NCBI GenBank assembly: GCA_030141605.1
Contig: JAQGDQ010000936.1
Span: 52,080-79,144 of the forward strand
DNA from: Tubiluchus corallicola
Taxonomy: Eukaryota; Animalia; Priapulida
Length of the DNA: 27,065 bases
Reading direction: 5' to 3'
The notes beneath the pieces were generated by a model, which was not told where the DNA came from, ran no database searches, and was given only the letters and a program-made list of their open reading frames with translations. Below are positions 1 to 11,328 of this stretch, piece by piece; the first letter of the stretch is position 1; each line of letters begins with the position of its first letter. Both the position numbers and the translations under genes were made by a program.

Positions 1-761
1 AAAAATTGGAAAAAAGCTTTAAGCAACTGCAGTGTTTGCACCGTAACAATGTACAGCATCACTTGTGTGAAATCGGCTAATGTAGAAAAATTTCAACTAT
101 CCAGACACAACACTCTGATAAACTTTGGTCTCAAATCTACTCTACTTTTATGGAGAAATTCCTGATGAAAAATGAAAAGATCTTAATTTGTTCTTGGCTG
201 ATTGGTTGGTTTTTCCTGGAACTCTGCACATCAGACCATTCTCCTAGGCTGCAGCAAGAAGACGATCAATAAAATAGCGTGTACGATCACACAAGTGTAC
301 ACCAGACTAAGCTACTCAATAAACTAAGATGGAGTGCCGGAAAAGGGCGTGTTTTTCTTAATTTTATCCGATAAATCACTTATAAATGTTTAAACAAATA
401 CCATGATTGGATAGTGCACATTCTCTTGAATAGAAGAGTATCTAATTTGTAATCATTTAGTTATGTCTGTGCTCATACAGTAGCAGAAAAGTCATAGGTC
501 TATAGTGAGAGCCATTTTGAATAGTGCGGCCTTGAAGGAGTTAAATAAATCTCATTTTTGATACCTGATGTATTGCTTAAACGAAACACAAGGTATTTCT
601 CACTTTGAAATTTTATTGCCACAAATTTTGCTTACATGCACACCTCCCTCCCAAGCCCTTCACCCCCCCCCCCCCCGCTGTCTCCCCAGTAACAAAATAT
701 ATTTCGCCTTGTGATTAACAATTATGCATAGCTGAAACTCAAAGCATTAGTTGTTTCTGTT

Positions 762-1450
762 ATAACTAATCGCTATTAGTTTCGTAGGCGTGCTTATCTA
801 CAGGATTGTATTGTAAGCTGGTTGACGCTAATTTGGATGTCGCTTTCTGCCATAACTAATGCTGGTTGAAGCTAATTTGGATGTCGCTTTCAGTCGTAAC
901 TAATGCTGGTTGACGCTAATTTGGATGTCGCCTTCTGCCATAACTAATCACTATTAGTTTCGTAGGCATGTTTATCTACACGATTGTATTGTAAGCTGGT
1001 TGACGCTAATTTGGATGTCGCTTTCTGCCATAACTAATGCTGGTTGACGCTAATTTGGATGTCGCTTTCTGTCGTAACTAATTGCTGTTAGTTTCGTAGG
1101 CATGTTAATTTGCACGATTGTATTATATGCTGGTTGATCCTAATTTGGATGTTGCTTTCTGTCATAACTAACTGCTAGTAGTTTCGTAGGCATGTTTTTT
1201 TGCACAATTGTATTGTGTGCTGGTTGATGCTAATTTGGATGTCGCTTTCTGTCATAACTAACTGCTAGTAGTTTCGTAGGCATGTTTTTTTGCACAATTG
1301 TATTGTGTGCTGGTTGATGCTAATTTGGATGTCACTTTCTGTCGTAACTAATCGCTGTTAGTTTTGTAGGCATGTTTATTTGTACGATTGTATTGTACTC
1401 TGGTTGATGCTAATTGGATGCTGGTTGACGCTAATTTAATGTCACTTTCA
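762..1450. repeat. Diverged minisatellite mixing 44-bp and 90-bp units
   Basis: The core gctggttgacgctaatttggatgtcgctttctgycrtaactaa recurs at about 817, 861, 905, 995, 1039, 1129, 1219 and 1309 (spacings 44 or 90). The 90-bp unit is the core plus a 46-bp block containing tagtttcgtaggcatg. Confidence 0.9.
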
Positions 1451-1924
1451 CGTGCTAATACCATAATTTTAAAATATAACGATGCAAAACCCTAAAATAA
1501 AAATAAAGGCAGGTGATGTAGAAACTTAGCCTAAAAGTAATGGATTTTATTACTTGAAAAATGTGATAAATGTCTCTTGTCACAGGCTCAAACATGAGAA
1601 GCATAGTACCTACAATTGTAAGCTAATAAAACTACGAATTTATCTCCAAATTTCACTCACATATGTCTCCACACGTTTGCGGCTTTTTTTCGGTTCATTT
1701 TTTCGTTATTTATTGCCTAATCTAAATCGATCGATACGCGCGATCGCGTTCAAACGCGCTTCAGCGAACGGCCGATATTCTAGTGATGAGATTACTGCCT
1801 TTATGTCGTTTACATCGCCAATTTCGAACGGTTTTATTACTGATTGAATCGCAAATTGCCTTTGCTTTAATTGACATAACTGCAGTTTATAGGCTTGCCG
1901 GGCAGTGGGTTATTTTATAGGTTG

Positions 1925-2430
1925 GCTTATTTTTGGTGATTGTTGGCTATATTTTAGCTTATTTTTGGTGATTGTTGGCTATATTTTAGCTCATTTTTGG
2001 TGATTCTTGGCTATATTTTAGCTCATTTTGGTGATTGTTGGCTATATTTTAGCTCATTTTTGGTGAGTGTTGGCTATATTTTAGCTCATTTTTGGTGATT
2101 GTTGGCTATATTTTAGCTCATTTTTGGTGATTCTTGGCTATATTTTAGCTCATTTTTGGTGATTGTTGGCTATATTTTAGCTCATTTTTGGCGATTGTTG
2201 GCTATATTTTAGCTCATTTTTGGCGATTGTTGGCTATATTTTAGCTCATTTTTGGCGATTGTTGGCTATATTTTAGCTTATTTTTGGTGCTTGTGGGCTA
2301 TATTTTAGCTCATTTTTGGTGATTGTTGGCTATATTTTAGCTCATTTTTGGTGATTGTTGGCTATATTTTAGCTCATTTTTGGTGATTGTTGGCTATATT
2401 TTAGCTCATTTTTGGTGATTTTTGGTTATT
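1925..2430. repeat. 32-bp minisatellite, about 16 copies
   Basis: Unit atattttagctcatttttggtgattgttggct is read directly in tandem. Confidence 0.95.
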
Positions 2431-2616
2431 TTTAGGCTCGCCGGGCAGTGGCTTTAGGCGTGGTGCAGAAGATTCAAAATTTGGTAATCAGAGTGTGAAA
2501 ATTAGTAAGAGGTTATCAGAGGGTGAAGAATAGGGTGCCAGGTTAAAAAGGAAGGGAGAAGTGGCAAGTTTAATGCTAAGTAACTTAACTTTGTGCGGAA
2601 AAATCTTTGAGATATA

Positions 2617-3458
2617 CAGTCACCTTCGGGTATAAGGTACTCGCTTATAAGGTACTCGCTCATAAGGTACTCGCTCATAAGGTACTCGCTCATAAGGTAC
2701 TCGCTCATAAGGTACTCGCTCATAAGGTACTCGCTCATAAGGTACTCGCTCATAAGGTACTCGCTCATAAGGTACTCGCTTATAAGGTACTCGCTCATAA
2801 GGTACTCGCTCATAAGGTACTCGCTCATAAGGTACTCTCTTATAAGGTACTCGCTTATAAGGTACTCGCTCATAAGGTACTCGCTTATAAGGTACTCGCT
2901 CATAAGGTACTCGCTCATAAGGTACTCGCTCATAAGGTACTCGCTCATAAGGTACTCGCTTATAAGGTACTCGCTTATAAGGTACTCGCTCATAAGGTAC
3001 TCGCTCATAAGGTACTCGCTCATAAGGTACTCGCTCATAAGGTACTCGCTCATAAGGTACTCGCTCATAAGGTACTCGCTCATAAGGTACTCGCTCATAA
3101 GGTACTCGCTCATAAGGTACTCGCTCATAAGGTACTCGCTTATAAGGTACTCGCTCATAAGGTACTCGCTCATAGTACTTGCTCATAAGGTACTCGCTCA
3201 TAAGGTACTCGCTTATAAGGTACTCGCTTATAAGGTACTCGCTTATAAGATACTCGCTTATAAGGTACTCGCTCATAAGGTACTCGCTCATAAGGTACTC
3301 GCTTATAAGGTACTCGCTCATAAGGTACTCGCTCATAAGGTACTCGCTCATAAGGGACATTCGCTTATAAGGGACGACCAACACCGGTCCCGATTCTTCC
3401 TTACGTTTTTCCTTATGAAAATCTTCGTATATAAGGTACTCGGATATAAAGAAAAATG
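2617..3458 (+). mobile_element. Truncated Tc1/mariner (pogo/Tigger-like) MITE with an internally expanded subterminal repeat
   Basis: It starts TA|CAGTCACCTTCGGGTATAAGG. After the 15-bp array it resumes tcgcttataagggacgaccaacaccggtcccgatt...aatcttcgtatataaggtactcg, collinear with the intact element at 15979-16448. No right TIR was found. Confidence 0.8.
2632..3355. repeat. 15-bp minisatellite (ataaggtactcgctY), about 48 copies
   Basis: Near-perfect tandem copies with a c/t variant and one shortened unit near 3171-3183. It explains the SEYLM/HKVLA/YERVP ORFs. Confidence 0.97.
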
Positions 3459-3900
3459 CCAAAAACGAAATTTCACATTCTAAATGAGCAAAAAAAAGAA
3501 ATAGTAATGAAATGAATTGTACTAGCATGCTGAATATAGCACAATTTGCATGTAACAAGAATTTAAGGAATTTTAGTAATAACTCCGGTATACTCAATAA
3601 CAAGTAAACGTGCATTTTATGAACGTATTAAAAGTACGTAAAACAAAAATTCATGCAAAATCGTAACAAAATATAAATGCAATAATGTTAAGCTACTATT
3701 ACAGTGGCTTTAGGCTTCGTGCAGAAGATGCAAAATTTTCCTGGGGACGATTTTGGTAATAAGTCATAAGTCATTTATTTCACCTTACACATTTACAATA
3801 GTTTCATGTACAATATCTAGTGAAAGGACCTACAATGAACGTAATACACATAAGAAATACTGCACAGGAAAAGCCTCACACACTGTTCACCTATATACAA

Positions 3901-4388
3901 ATTATTATTATTATTATATTATTATTATAATTCTTTATTTAAAATTTAAAATTGAACGCATATACAAATATTTACATAAAATACATACACTGACCCTCTA
4001 TTTGCAGGGTATGGTTAAAAAAACTTTGTAAATAAAATAGCTGTTATATTCGCAAGACTTTTAAATACCAATAAATCAATATACCAATAAAAGAACAACT
4101 AAAATCAAATAGTACCAATTTACACAAAACGACCTGTATAATATAAAAGTGACAGATATAATATAAAAGTTCAATATTTTATACTAAAGTTTGTAAAAAC
4201 GAATCACAAACTAACTCAGAGAAAGCAACTAGCAGGTTTTTGTCTCGAGAGGTATAAATTTTACTAATGTTTTGAAATTGTAGGATATTTGCGAGCGCTA
4301 ATCTTTTATTTTCGTCGACCAAAGTACAATTAAAAAGCAAATGTTCAACTGTTTGTGCTTCCTCTGAGCATATACAGGCATTTTCATG
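3901..4388 (-). mobile_element. 5'-truncated non-LTR retrotransposon (LINE) 3' end
   Basis: On the minus strand: ORF2-like C-terminus (4388-4179), AT-rich 3' UTR, AATAAA, then a (TAA)n tail (attatt... at 3901-3929 on +). The 3' end matches the insert at 19216-19719. Confidence 0.75.
4179..4388 (-). pseudogene. C-terminal remnant of LINE ORF2 with a CCHC-type motif
   Basis: Manual translation gives HENACICSEEAQTVEHLLFNCTLVDENKRLALANILQFQNISKIYTSRDKNLLVAFSELVCDSFLQTLV*. CxC...(E/Q)TVEHLLFxC is the typical C-terminal zinc-knuckle motif of non-LTR ORF2 proteins. The frame hits a stop a few codons upstream, where the 18-bp array begins. Confidence 0.75.
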
Positions 4389-4393
4389 TATGT

Positions 4394-5520
4394 ATAGTTA
4401 CAGTTATGCTTCTGGTTACAGTTATAGTTATGGTTACAGTTATGCTTCTGGTTACAGTTATACTTCTGGTTACAGTTATAGTTCTGGTTACAGTTATGCT
4501 TCTGGTTACAGTTATGCTTCTGGTTACAGTTATAGTTCTGGTTACAGTTATGCTTCTGTTTACAGTTATACTTCTGGTTACAGTTATGGTTGTGGATACA
4601 GTTATGGTTATGGTTACAGTTATGCTTCCGGTTACAGTTATGCTTCTGGTTACATTATGGTTCTGGTTACAGTTATGCTTCTGGTTACAGTTATGGTTCT
4701 GGTTACAGTTATAGTTCTGGTTACAGTTATGGTTATGGTTACAGTTATGCTTCTGGTTACAGTTATAGTTCTGGTTACAGTTATAGTTCTGGTTACATTA
4801 TGGTTCTGGTTACATTATGCTTCTGGTTATATTATGGTTCTGGTTACAGTCATAGTTCAGGTTACATTATGGTTCTGGTTACAGTTCTGGTTCTGGTTAC
4901 AGTTATGCTTCTGTTTACAGTTCTGGTTCTGGTTACAGTTACGCTTCTGGTTACAGTTCTGGTTCTGGTTACAGTTATGCTTCTGGTTACAGTTCTGGTT
5001 CTGGTTACAGTTATGATTCTGGTTACGATTCTGGTTCTGGTTACGGTTCTGGTTCTGGTTCTGGTTACGGTTCTGGTTCTGGTTACAGTTATGGTTCTGG
5101 TTACAGTTATAGTTCTGGTTACAGTTATAGTTCTGGTTACAGTTATGGTTATGGTTACAGTTATGCTTCTGGTTACAGTTATAGTTCTGGTTACAGTTAT
5201 AGTTCTGGTTACATTATGGTTCTGGTTACATTATGCTTCTGGTTATATTATGGTTCTGGTTACAGTCATAGTTCAGGTTACATTATGGTTCTGGTTACAG
5301 TTCTGGTTCTGGTTACAGTTCTGCTTCTGTTTACAGTTCTGGTTCTGGTTACAGTTATGCTTCTGGTTACAGTTCTGGTTCTGGTTACAGTTCTGGTTCT
5401 GGTTACAGTTACGCTTCTGGTTACAGTCCTGGTTCTGGTTACAGTTCTGGTTCTGGTTACGGTTCTGGTTCTGGTTACAGTTCTGGTTCTGGTTACGGTT
5501 ATGGTTCTGGTTACAATTAC
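4394..5520. repeat. 18-bp minisatellite built of hexamers (ggttac agttat gcttct and variants)
   Basis: Tandem xxTTxx hexamers grouped in threes, with some 17-bp deletion variants. It explains the GYSYAS / LVTVMLL / FWLQ ORFs. Confidence 0.95.
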
Positions 5521-5527
5521 CACTTAC

Positions 5528-5558
5528 CATTGTTTAATCCATAAGGAATATTTGACAT
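5528..5558 (-). CDS. Speculative short first coding exon (MSNIPYGLNN, phase 1)
   Basis: The minus strand reads aatcATGtca...aacaatg|GTAAGTG, a strong donor. A CCAAT box and GCGCATGC lie about 110-130 bp upstream. No homology was recognised. Confidence 0.2.
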
Positions 5559-6474
5559 GATTTCTCATTTCAGATAATTTCTGATTTTTTAATTTCGACG
5601 CTGGAATACCTCCTCGCCTTCAATGCAAGTTTAATCTCATTTTAATGTCCCTCCGACATCGACAGAGCGCATGCATTATTCATTGGCCGCATAATTCCAT
5701 GAATAAATTGAGTTGGTGATGAGAGAATTGCAAATGCACGACGTCAACACTTTGATTTTGTCCGCAATTGATAACGACGCACTGTTTCATTAGAATATTT
5801 CACGGTTAATTACCTCCGTTCACACGGCTTCTGTTTATTTTCAGGTAATGGGTATCTGTTTTGCTCAGAATCTGAGGGCTGATATATTTGCTCAGAAAGC
5901 CAAGTGGCGGCGCTAGTAGTCGTCGTCTTACTCAGACGTGAATCTCATATCATTCGCTCAGGCACAACTTTGCGGGAAGCAACCCATTCCGAATTCATCT
6001 GCGTTTGTCGGCACGGAAACGGCGAATTGTCTTGCACAACACGTCCATCCAACTCATCTGCATCCGTTGGTATGGAAACGGAACTCGTCTTGCACAAAGT
6101 TTCCATTCTAGGATGCTTACAAAGCAAACAACTTCAGGAATATTTTAGAATTAATTATGTCGACCGTTAATTGTTTTACGCTTGCTCAGCTGCTGATTGC
6201 ATTCCAAAGTTTATTGATTTTTACCGATCAATTCTTCGGGACTTTTATAGCGTAATGAGAACTCCTCATTTGTGAATCAAATTATCTCTTTTCGTAGTTG
6301 ACCCTCTGTGATATAATCGTGTACTTCGTATGTTTAGTTTTAGATTCTGTAGATGTAGTTTTCGTTTAACCGTAGATTTCAAATAACAAGAGTGGAACTT
6401 TTAACATTTCTTAAAGTTTTCCGTTCAATTTTAATCTTGATTTTAATCATCGTGTGTAGAGAGTAGTTATGGTG

Positions 6475-6971
6475 CAGTAGTCGCTGCTTAATAGACTCAC
6501 GGTTAATAGACTCGGTCGCTTAATTGACTCAAAAACGCCTGGAACGGGCCGCTTCTATTCAAATGTGTCAAACTGTCGGTAATTGACTAAAAAAACTTCG
6601 CTTAATTTTGACTCAAAAACGTCTGGAACGGGCCGCTTCAAATACACATAAAAACTATCGGGAATTGACTCAAATAACTTCAACTTAATTGACTCAATAT
6701 TTTTCCTTCGCCTACTTAAACTTTTGTATGTGCTCAAAGAGCGTCCCTTCTTTTACGTCATCTTTACTTCCCTTTTGTACATTATGTATGTAGAAACAAT
6801 CATGTTAAGTACCGTTTTCTTTGTAAACAAGTACATTTATCATGCGCTAATAGGCTAGTGTAGCGGTTTTGCTTTGAATCTGTTACTACATCCATCGGTT
6901 AATAGGTTCAGTCGGTTAATTGGGTCAAAACACGTCGGTCCCAACGTGAGTCTATTAAGCAGCGCCACCTA
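6475..6971. mobile_element. Tc1/mariner (pogo-like) MITE, about 497 bp
   Basis: Left cagtagtCGCTGCTTAATAGACTCACG and right CGTGAGTCTATTAAGCAGCGccaccta|ta give a 20-bp perfect inverted core with decayed tips. It has multiple subterminal aatWgactc motifs and an internal duplication (about 6517-6555 vs 6599-6638). Confidence 0.8.
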
Positions 6972-7341
6972 TATGTGGAAATCTAAACCGGTTGACATTT
7001 TTCATTGTCAGCCAATAGCGACGCGCTTCAGTTTTACTTACAACGCTGAGAGATTTAATATCTAAAAATCATTTAATTCGTATTAGTAATAATTTTTAAG
7101 CGGTCTTATTTCATTCATTGTGAGATAAATAAACAATTATTTAGAACTCGTGCCATTTTATATGTGTATTTTATACCATTTTTGCTAAACTTTTGATCTG
7201 TAATGTTTGATTCGTTTATGCTTTGTTTTTGTTTATTCAATTCAATGATGTTTATTTCACATCACATGTGTGTATATAAGTCGGAAAATGTTTTGAAAAC
7301 GAATCGTTGTTTAAAAAACTGAGTTTTTTCAATTTTGGTTT

Positions 7342-7820
7342 CATTGTTGTCGTCATTGTCACAGTCATCATCAGTTTTCAGCTGTAATGCCTAACCTGTG
7401 CATTGTAGTCATTGTCACAGTCATCATCATTATCAGTTTTCAGCTGTAATGCCTAGCCTGCGCATTGTCGTCATTGTCACAATCATCATGATCAATTTTC
7501 ACCTGTAATACCTAACCTGCACATTGCATTGTCGTCATTGTCACAGTCATCATCATCATCAATTTTCACCTGTAATACCTAACCTGCACATTGCATTGTC
7601 GTCATTGTCATAGTCATCATCATCATCAATTTTCACCTGTAATACCTAACCTGCACATTACATTGTCGTCATTGTCACAGTCATCATCATCATCATCAGT
7701 TTTCACCTGTAATGCCTAACCTGCACATTGTCATCATTGTCACAGTCATCATCATCATCAGTTTTCACCTGTAATGCCTAACCTGCACATTGTCGTCATC
7801 GTCACAGTCATCATCATCAG
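7342..7820. repeat. Minisatellite of about 59-67 bp, about 8 copies, with a variable embedded (CAT)n
   Basis: Unit cattgtcgtcattgtcacagt(cat)n-cagttttcacctgtaatgcctaacctgca. Confidence 0.9.
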
Positions 7821-7948
7821 TGATTTATTGATTTTTATCTGTATGCATTAAATGTTGCCAGTAATTTTATTAATCGTAATCAGTTGTACATTGTGCAATA
7901 CTACAGGGCTTGCTATTGTGTTATGACTGTTTAACATTCACATGTTAA

Positions 7949-8438
7949 CAGGGTTCCCACGGCCAGGAAAAATCCTGGAAAATCATTGAAAATACAGGCT
8001 ATCCCGGAAAGTTATTGAAAAGTCAGAGAGAAAGATAATTTGGTAAAAATTCGAGAAAAAATGTTGAAAAATGGGGCCAAAAATCGGGGAACTTGGAAAG
8101 AGTTGCAAAAATAATCGCCGTGAACCGATATTTTTCTAAACATTTTTCAGTGATTCCGTGTTCAAATGAAATTTTTGCAATGACAGGCTCCCAGTTTCAA
8201 TTTCTGTTCCAAAAATAATGATTGGATTAAGAAAGTTTACTTAATGTGATTAGTGTCATTTCGTTAGCACTACTGCAACTGTGCCGACACATTATATATC
8301 AGTATATGTATGAATATCCAAAAAATGTTTGAATATCTATACTGATAATACAATTTCTGCTTATCTTGGCCATGGAAAATCAATATTTGGTCAGAGAAAA
8401 GTCAGTGAAATTTATTTTGAAATTCTGTGGGAACCCTG
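7949..8438. mobile_element. Non-autonomous DNA transposon (MITE), 490 bp, superfamily uncertain
   Basis: Perfect 12-bp TIRs CAGGGTTCCCAC...GTGGGAACCCTG and subterminal gtcagagaRaa-like motifs. It is flanked by aa on both sides (possible 2-bp TSD); there is no 8-bp TSD. Confidence 0.8.
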
Positions 8439-10365
8439 AATCATTGTTACATACTGCATTGTTCTCGTGTAACAATGGTTACAGGACTAGATTATGAATC
8501 ACTGTTACATACTGCATTGTTGTCGTGTAAGAATGGTTACAGGACTAGATTATGAATCATTGTTACATACTGCATTGTTGTCGTGTAAGAATGGTTACAG
8601 GACTAGATTATGAATCATTGTTACATACTGCATTGTTGTCGTGTAACAATGGTTACAGGACTAGATTATGAATCATTGTTACATACTGCATTGTTGTCGT
8701 GTAAGAATGGTTACAGGACTAGATTATGAATCATTGTTACATACTGCATTGTTGTCGTGTAAGAATGGTTACAGGACTAGATTATGAATCATTGTTACAT
8801 ACTGCATTGTTGTCGTGTATGAATGGTTACAGGACTAGATTATGAATCATTGTTACATACTGCATTGTTGTCGTGTATGAATGGTTACAGGACTAGATTA
8901 TGAATCATTGTTACATACTGCATTGTTGTCGTGTAACAATGGTCACAGGACTAGATTATGAATCATTGTTACATACTGCATTGTTGTCGTGTAAGAATGG
9001 TCACAGGACTAGATTATGAATCATTGTTACATACTGCATTGTTGTCGTGTATGAATGGTCACAGGACTAGATTATGAATCATTGTTACATACTGCATTGT
9101 TGTGGTGTAAGAATGGTTACAGGACTAGATTATGAATCATTGTTACATACTGCATTGTTGTCGTGTAAGAATGGTTACAGGACTAGATTATGAATCATTG
9201 TTACATACTGCATTGTGTCGTGTAAGAATGGTCACAGGACTAGATTATGAATCATTGTTACATACTGCATTGTTGTCGTGTAAGAATGGTCCAACAAAAT
9301 CATTGTTACATACTGCATTGTTGTCGTGTAAGAATGGTTACAGGACTAGATTATGAATCATTGTTACATACTGCATTGTTGTCGTGTAGAATGGTTACAG
9401 GACTAATTAGAATCATGTTACATACTGCATTGTTGTCGTGTAAGAATGGTTACAGGACTAGATTATGAATCATTGTTACATACTGCATTGTTGTCGTGTA
9501 AGAATGGTCACAGGACTAGATTATGAATCATTGTTATACTGCATTGTTGTCGTGTAAGAATGGTTACAGGACTAGATTATGAATCATTGTTACATACTGC
9601 ATTGTTGTCGTGTAGAATGGTTACAGGACTAGATTATGAATCATTGTTACATACTGCATTGTTGTCGTGTAAGAATGGTTACAGGACTAGATTATGAATC
9701 ATTGTTACATACTGCATTGTTGTCGTGTAAGAATGGTCACAGGACTAGATTATGAATCATTGTTACATACTGCATTGTTGTTGTGTAAGAATGGTTACAG
9801 GACTAGATTATGAATCATTGTTACATACTGCATTGTTGTCGTGTAAGAATGGTTACAGGACTAGATTATGAATCACTGTTACATACTGCATTGTTGTCGT
9901 GTAAGAATGGTTACAGGACTAGATTATGAATCATTGTTACATACTGCATTGTTGTCGTGTAAGAATGGTTACAGGACTAGATTATGAATCATTGTTACAT
10001 ACTGCATTGTTGTCGTGTAAGAATGGTTACAGGACTAGATTATGAATCATTGTTACATACTGCATTGTTGTCGTGTAACAATGGTTACAGGACTAGATTA
10101 TGAATCATTGTTACATACTGCATTGTGTCGTGTAAGAATGGTCACAGGACTAGATTATGAATCATTGTTACATACTGCATTGTTGTCGTGTAAGAATGGT
10201 CGCAGGACTAGATTATGAATCATTGTTACATACTGCATTGTTGTCGTGTAAGAATGGTTACAGGACTAGATTATGAATCATTGTTACATACTGCATTGTT
10301 GTCGTGTAAGAATGGTTACAGGACTAGATTATGAATCATTGTTACATACTGCATTGTTGTCGTGT
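8439..10365. repeat. 58-bp minisatellite, about 33 copies, highly homogeneous
   Basis: Unit aatcattgttacatactgcattgttgtcgtgtaagaatggttacaggactagattatg, with one aberrant unit near 9290 (ggtccaacaaaatc). Confidence 0.97.
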
Positions 10366-11050
10366 TTATTCATTCGACTGCATTTGTGCATCTTGGGTAA
10401 CTGTTAGCAAATGGCGGACTGGAAAATTATTGTTTGTTTTTAGCAATTAGTGCGTATTAATGGCCTCATTTTATTTTTTTACAATATTAATCAAGTTCTG
10501 AATGTTGGCACATTTTTTAAGACGTCTTTAGTATGTAGTACCTTGAATGCATTAAAGTTTTGTATTGAGTGAATGTAAAGTCTCGTATCGCCTGTTTTAA
10601 GATAGAAAATTATGTTTTAAAAAGTTTCATTCTTAGATCATTGCGCCTTAATACATATTTGGTTTAATTTTGTTATTTTTTTATCATTCGATTGTATGAA
10701 GAGACTGTAGATTGTCTTCCATTGTTTGACAGCGTGTGCAAACAACAATGACAGCAGTTTCTTTTGTTGACTCACTGTTTACTTGTGTGTCCGTGACAGC
10801 GTGGACATACTTCACTTATCATGTATGAATGACAGTGACTAGTGACAGATTAAGTGAAATGACAGTCGCTAGAAAAATGTTTTTTGAAAACTTGTGGGTT
10901 TATGACGGTTTGGATACACTTCACTCATCACGTTTGAATGACAGTGACTAATGACAGATCTTTTTACGCGTAATGACAGTCTTTGAGAACAGTTTTGAAA
11001 AATACAGTCTCTGCTTCAAATATTTTTTGTTAGTAAAATAATTAGTTGCA

Positions 11051-11328
11051 CCTGTAATTAAACCAAAGACATTAAAAATAGGTTAAATCGACACTTTTTA
11101 CGGTTTATCGAACAAACTGGATGGATCGAGGAACAACTAACAGCTCTATTAAATGCCAACCTGTCATTAAACCATTGACATTAAAAATAGGTCAAATCAA
11201 CACTTTTTACGGTTTATCGAACAAACCGGATGGATCAAGGAATAACTAACAGCTCTACTGAATGCAAACCTGTCATTAAACCAATGACATTAAAAATAGG
11301 TCAAATCAACACTTTTTATGGTTTATCG
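11051..11328 (+). repeat. 109-bp tandem repeat, about 2.5 copies (left arm of an inverted pair)
   Basis: cctgtMattaaacc begins at 11051, 11160 and 11269. Confidence 0.9.

Noticed and set aside
531-544. piggyBac-like end (gaaggagTTAA); similar aagggTTAA at about 15436-15444
   Set aside because: No partner terminus was found in the window and the motifs are too short.
1554-1847. 97-aa ORF and CpG palindromes (atcgatcgat, cgcgatcgcg)
   Set aside because: Non-ATG start, no recognisable domain or splice support, and the palindromes are too short to interpret.
2502-3615. Long ORFs with SEYLM/HKVLA/YERVP repeats
   Set aside because: These are translations of a 15-bp repeat embedded in a MITE, open in several frames on both strands.
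4355-5560. Gly/Tyr/Ser-rich (GYSYAS) structural-protein-like ORFs
   Set aside because: Repeated 17-bp deletion units shift the frame, so no single frame keeps the motif. This is minisatellite translation.
7342-8500. Common origin of the about 62-bp and 58-bp arrays (shared cattgtYaca and cattg(tt)gtcgt)
   Set aside because: The shared words are short and not collinear between the units.
8439-10365. CRISPR-like array (regular repeats with an internal palindrome); also considered for the 42-, 49- and 84-bp arrays
   Set aside because: The units are head-to-tail with no unique spacers, there are no cas genes, and the context is eukaryotic.
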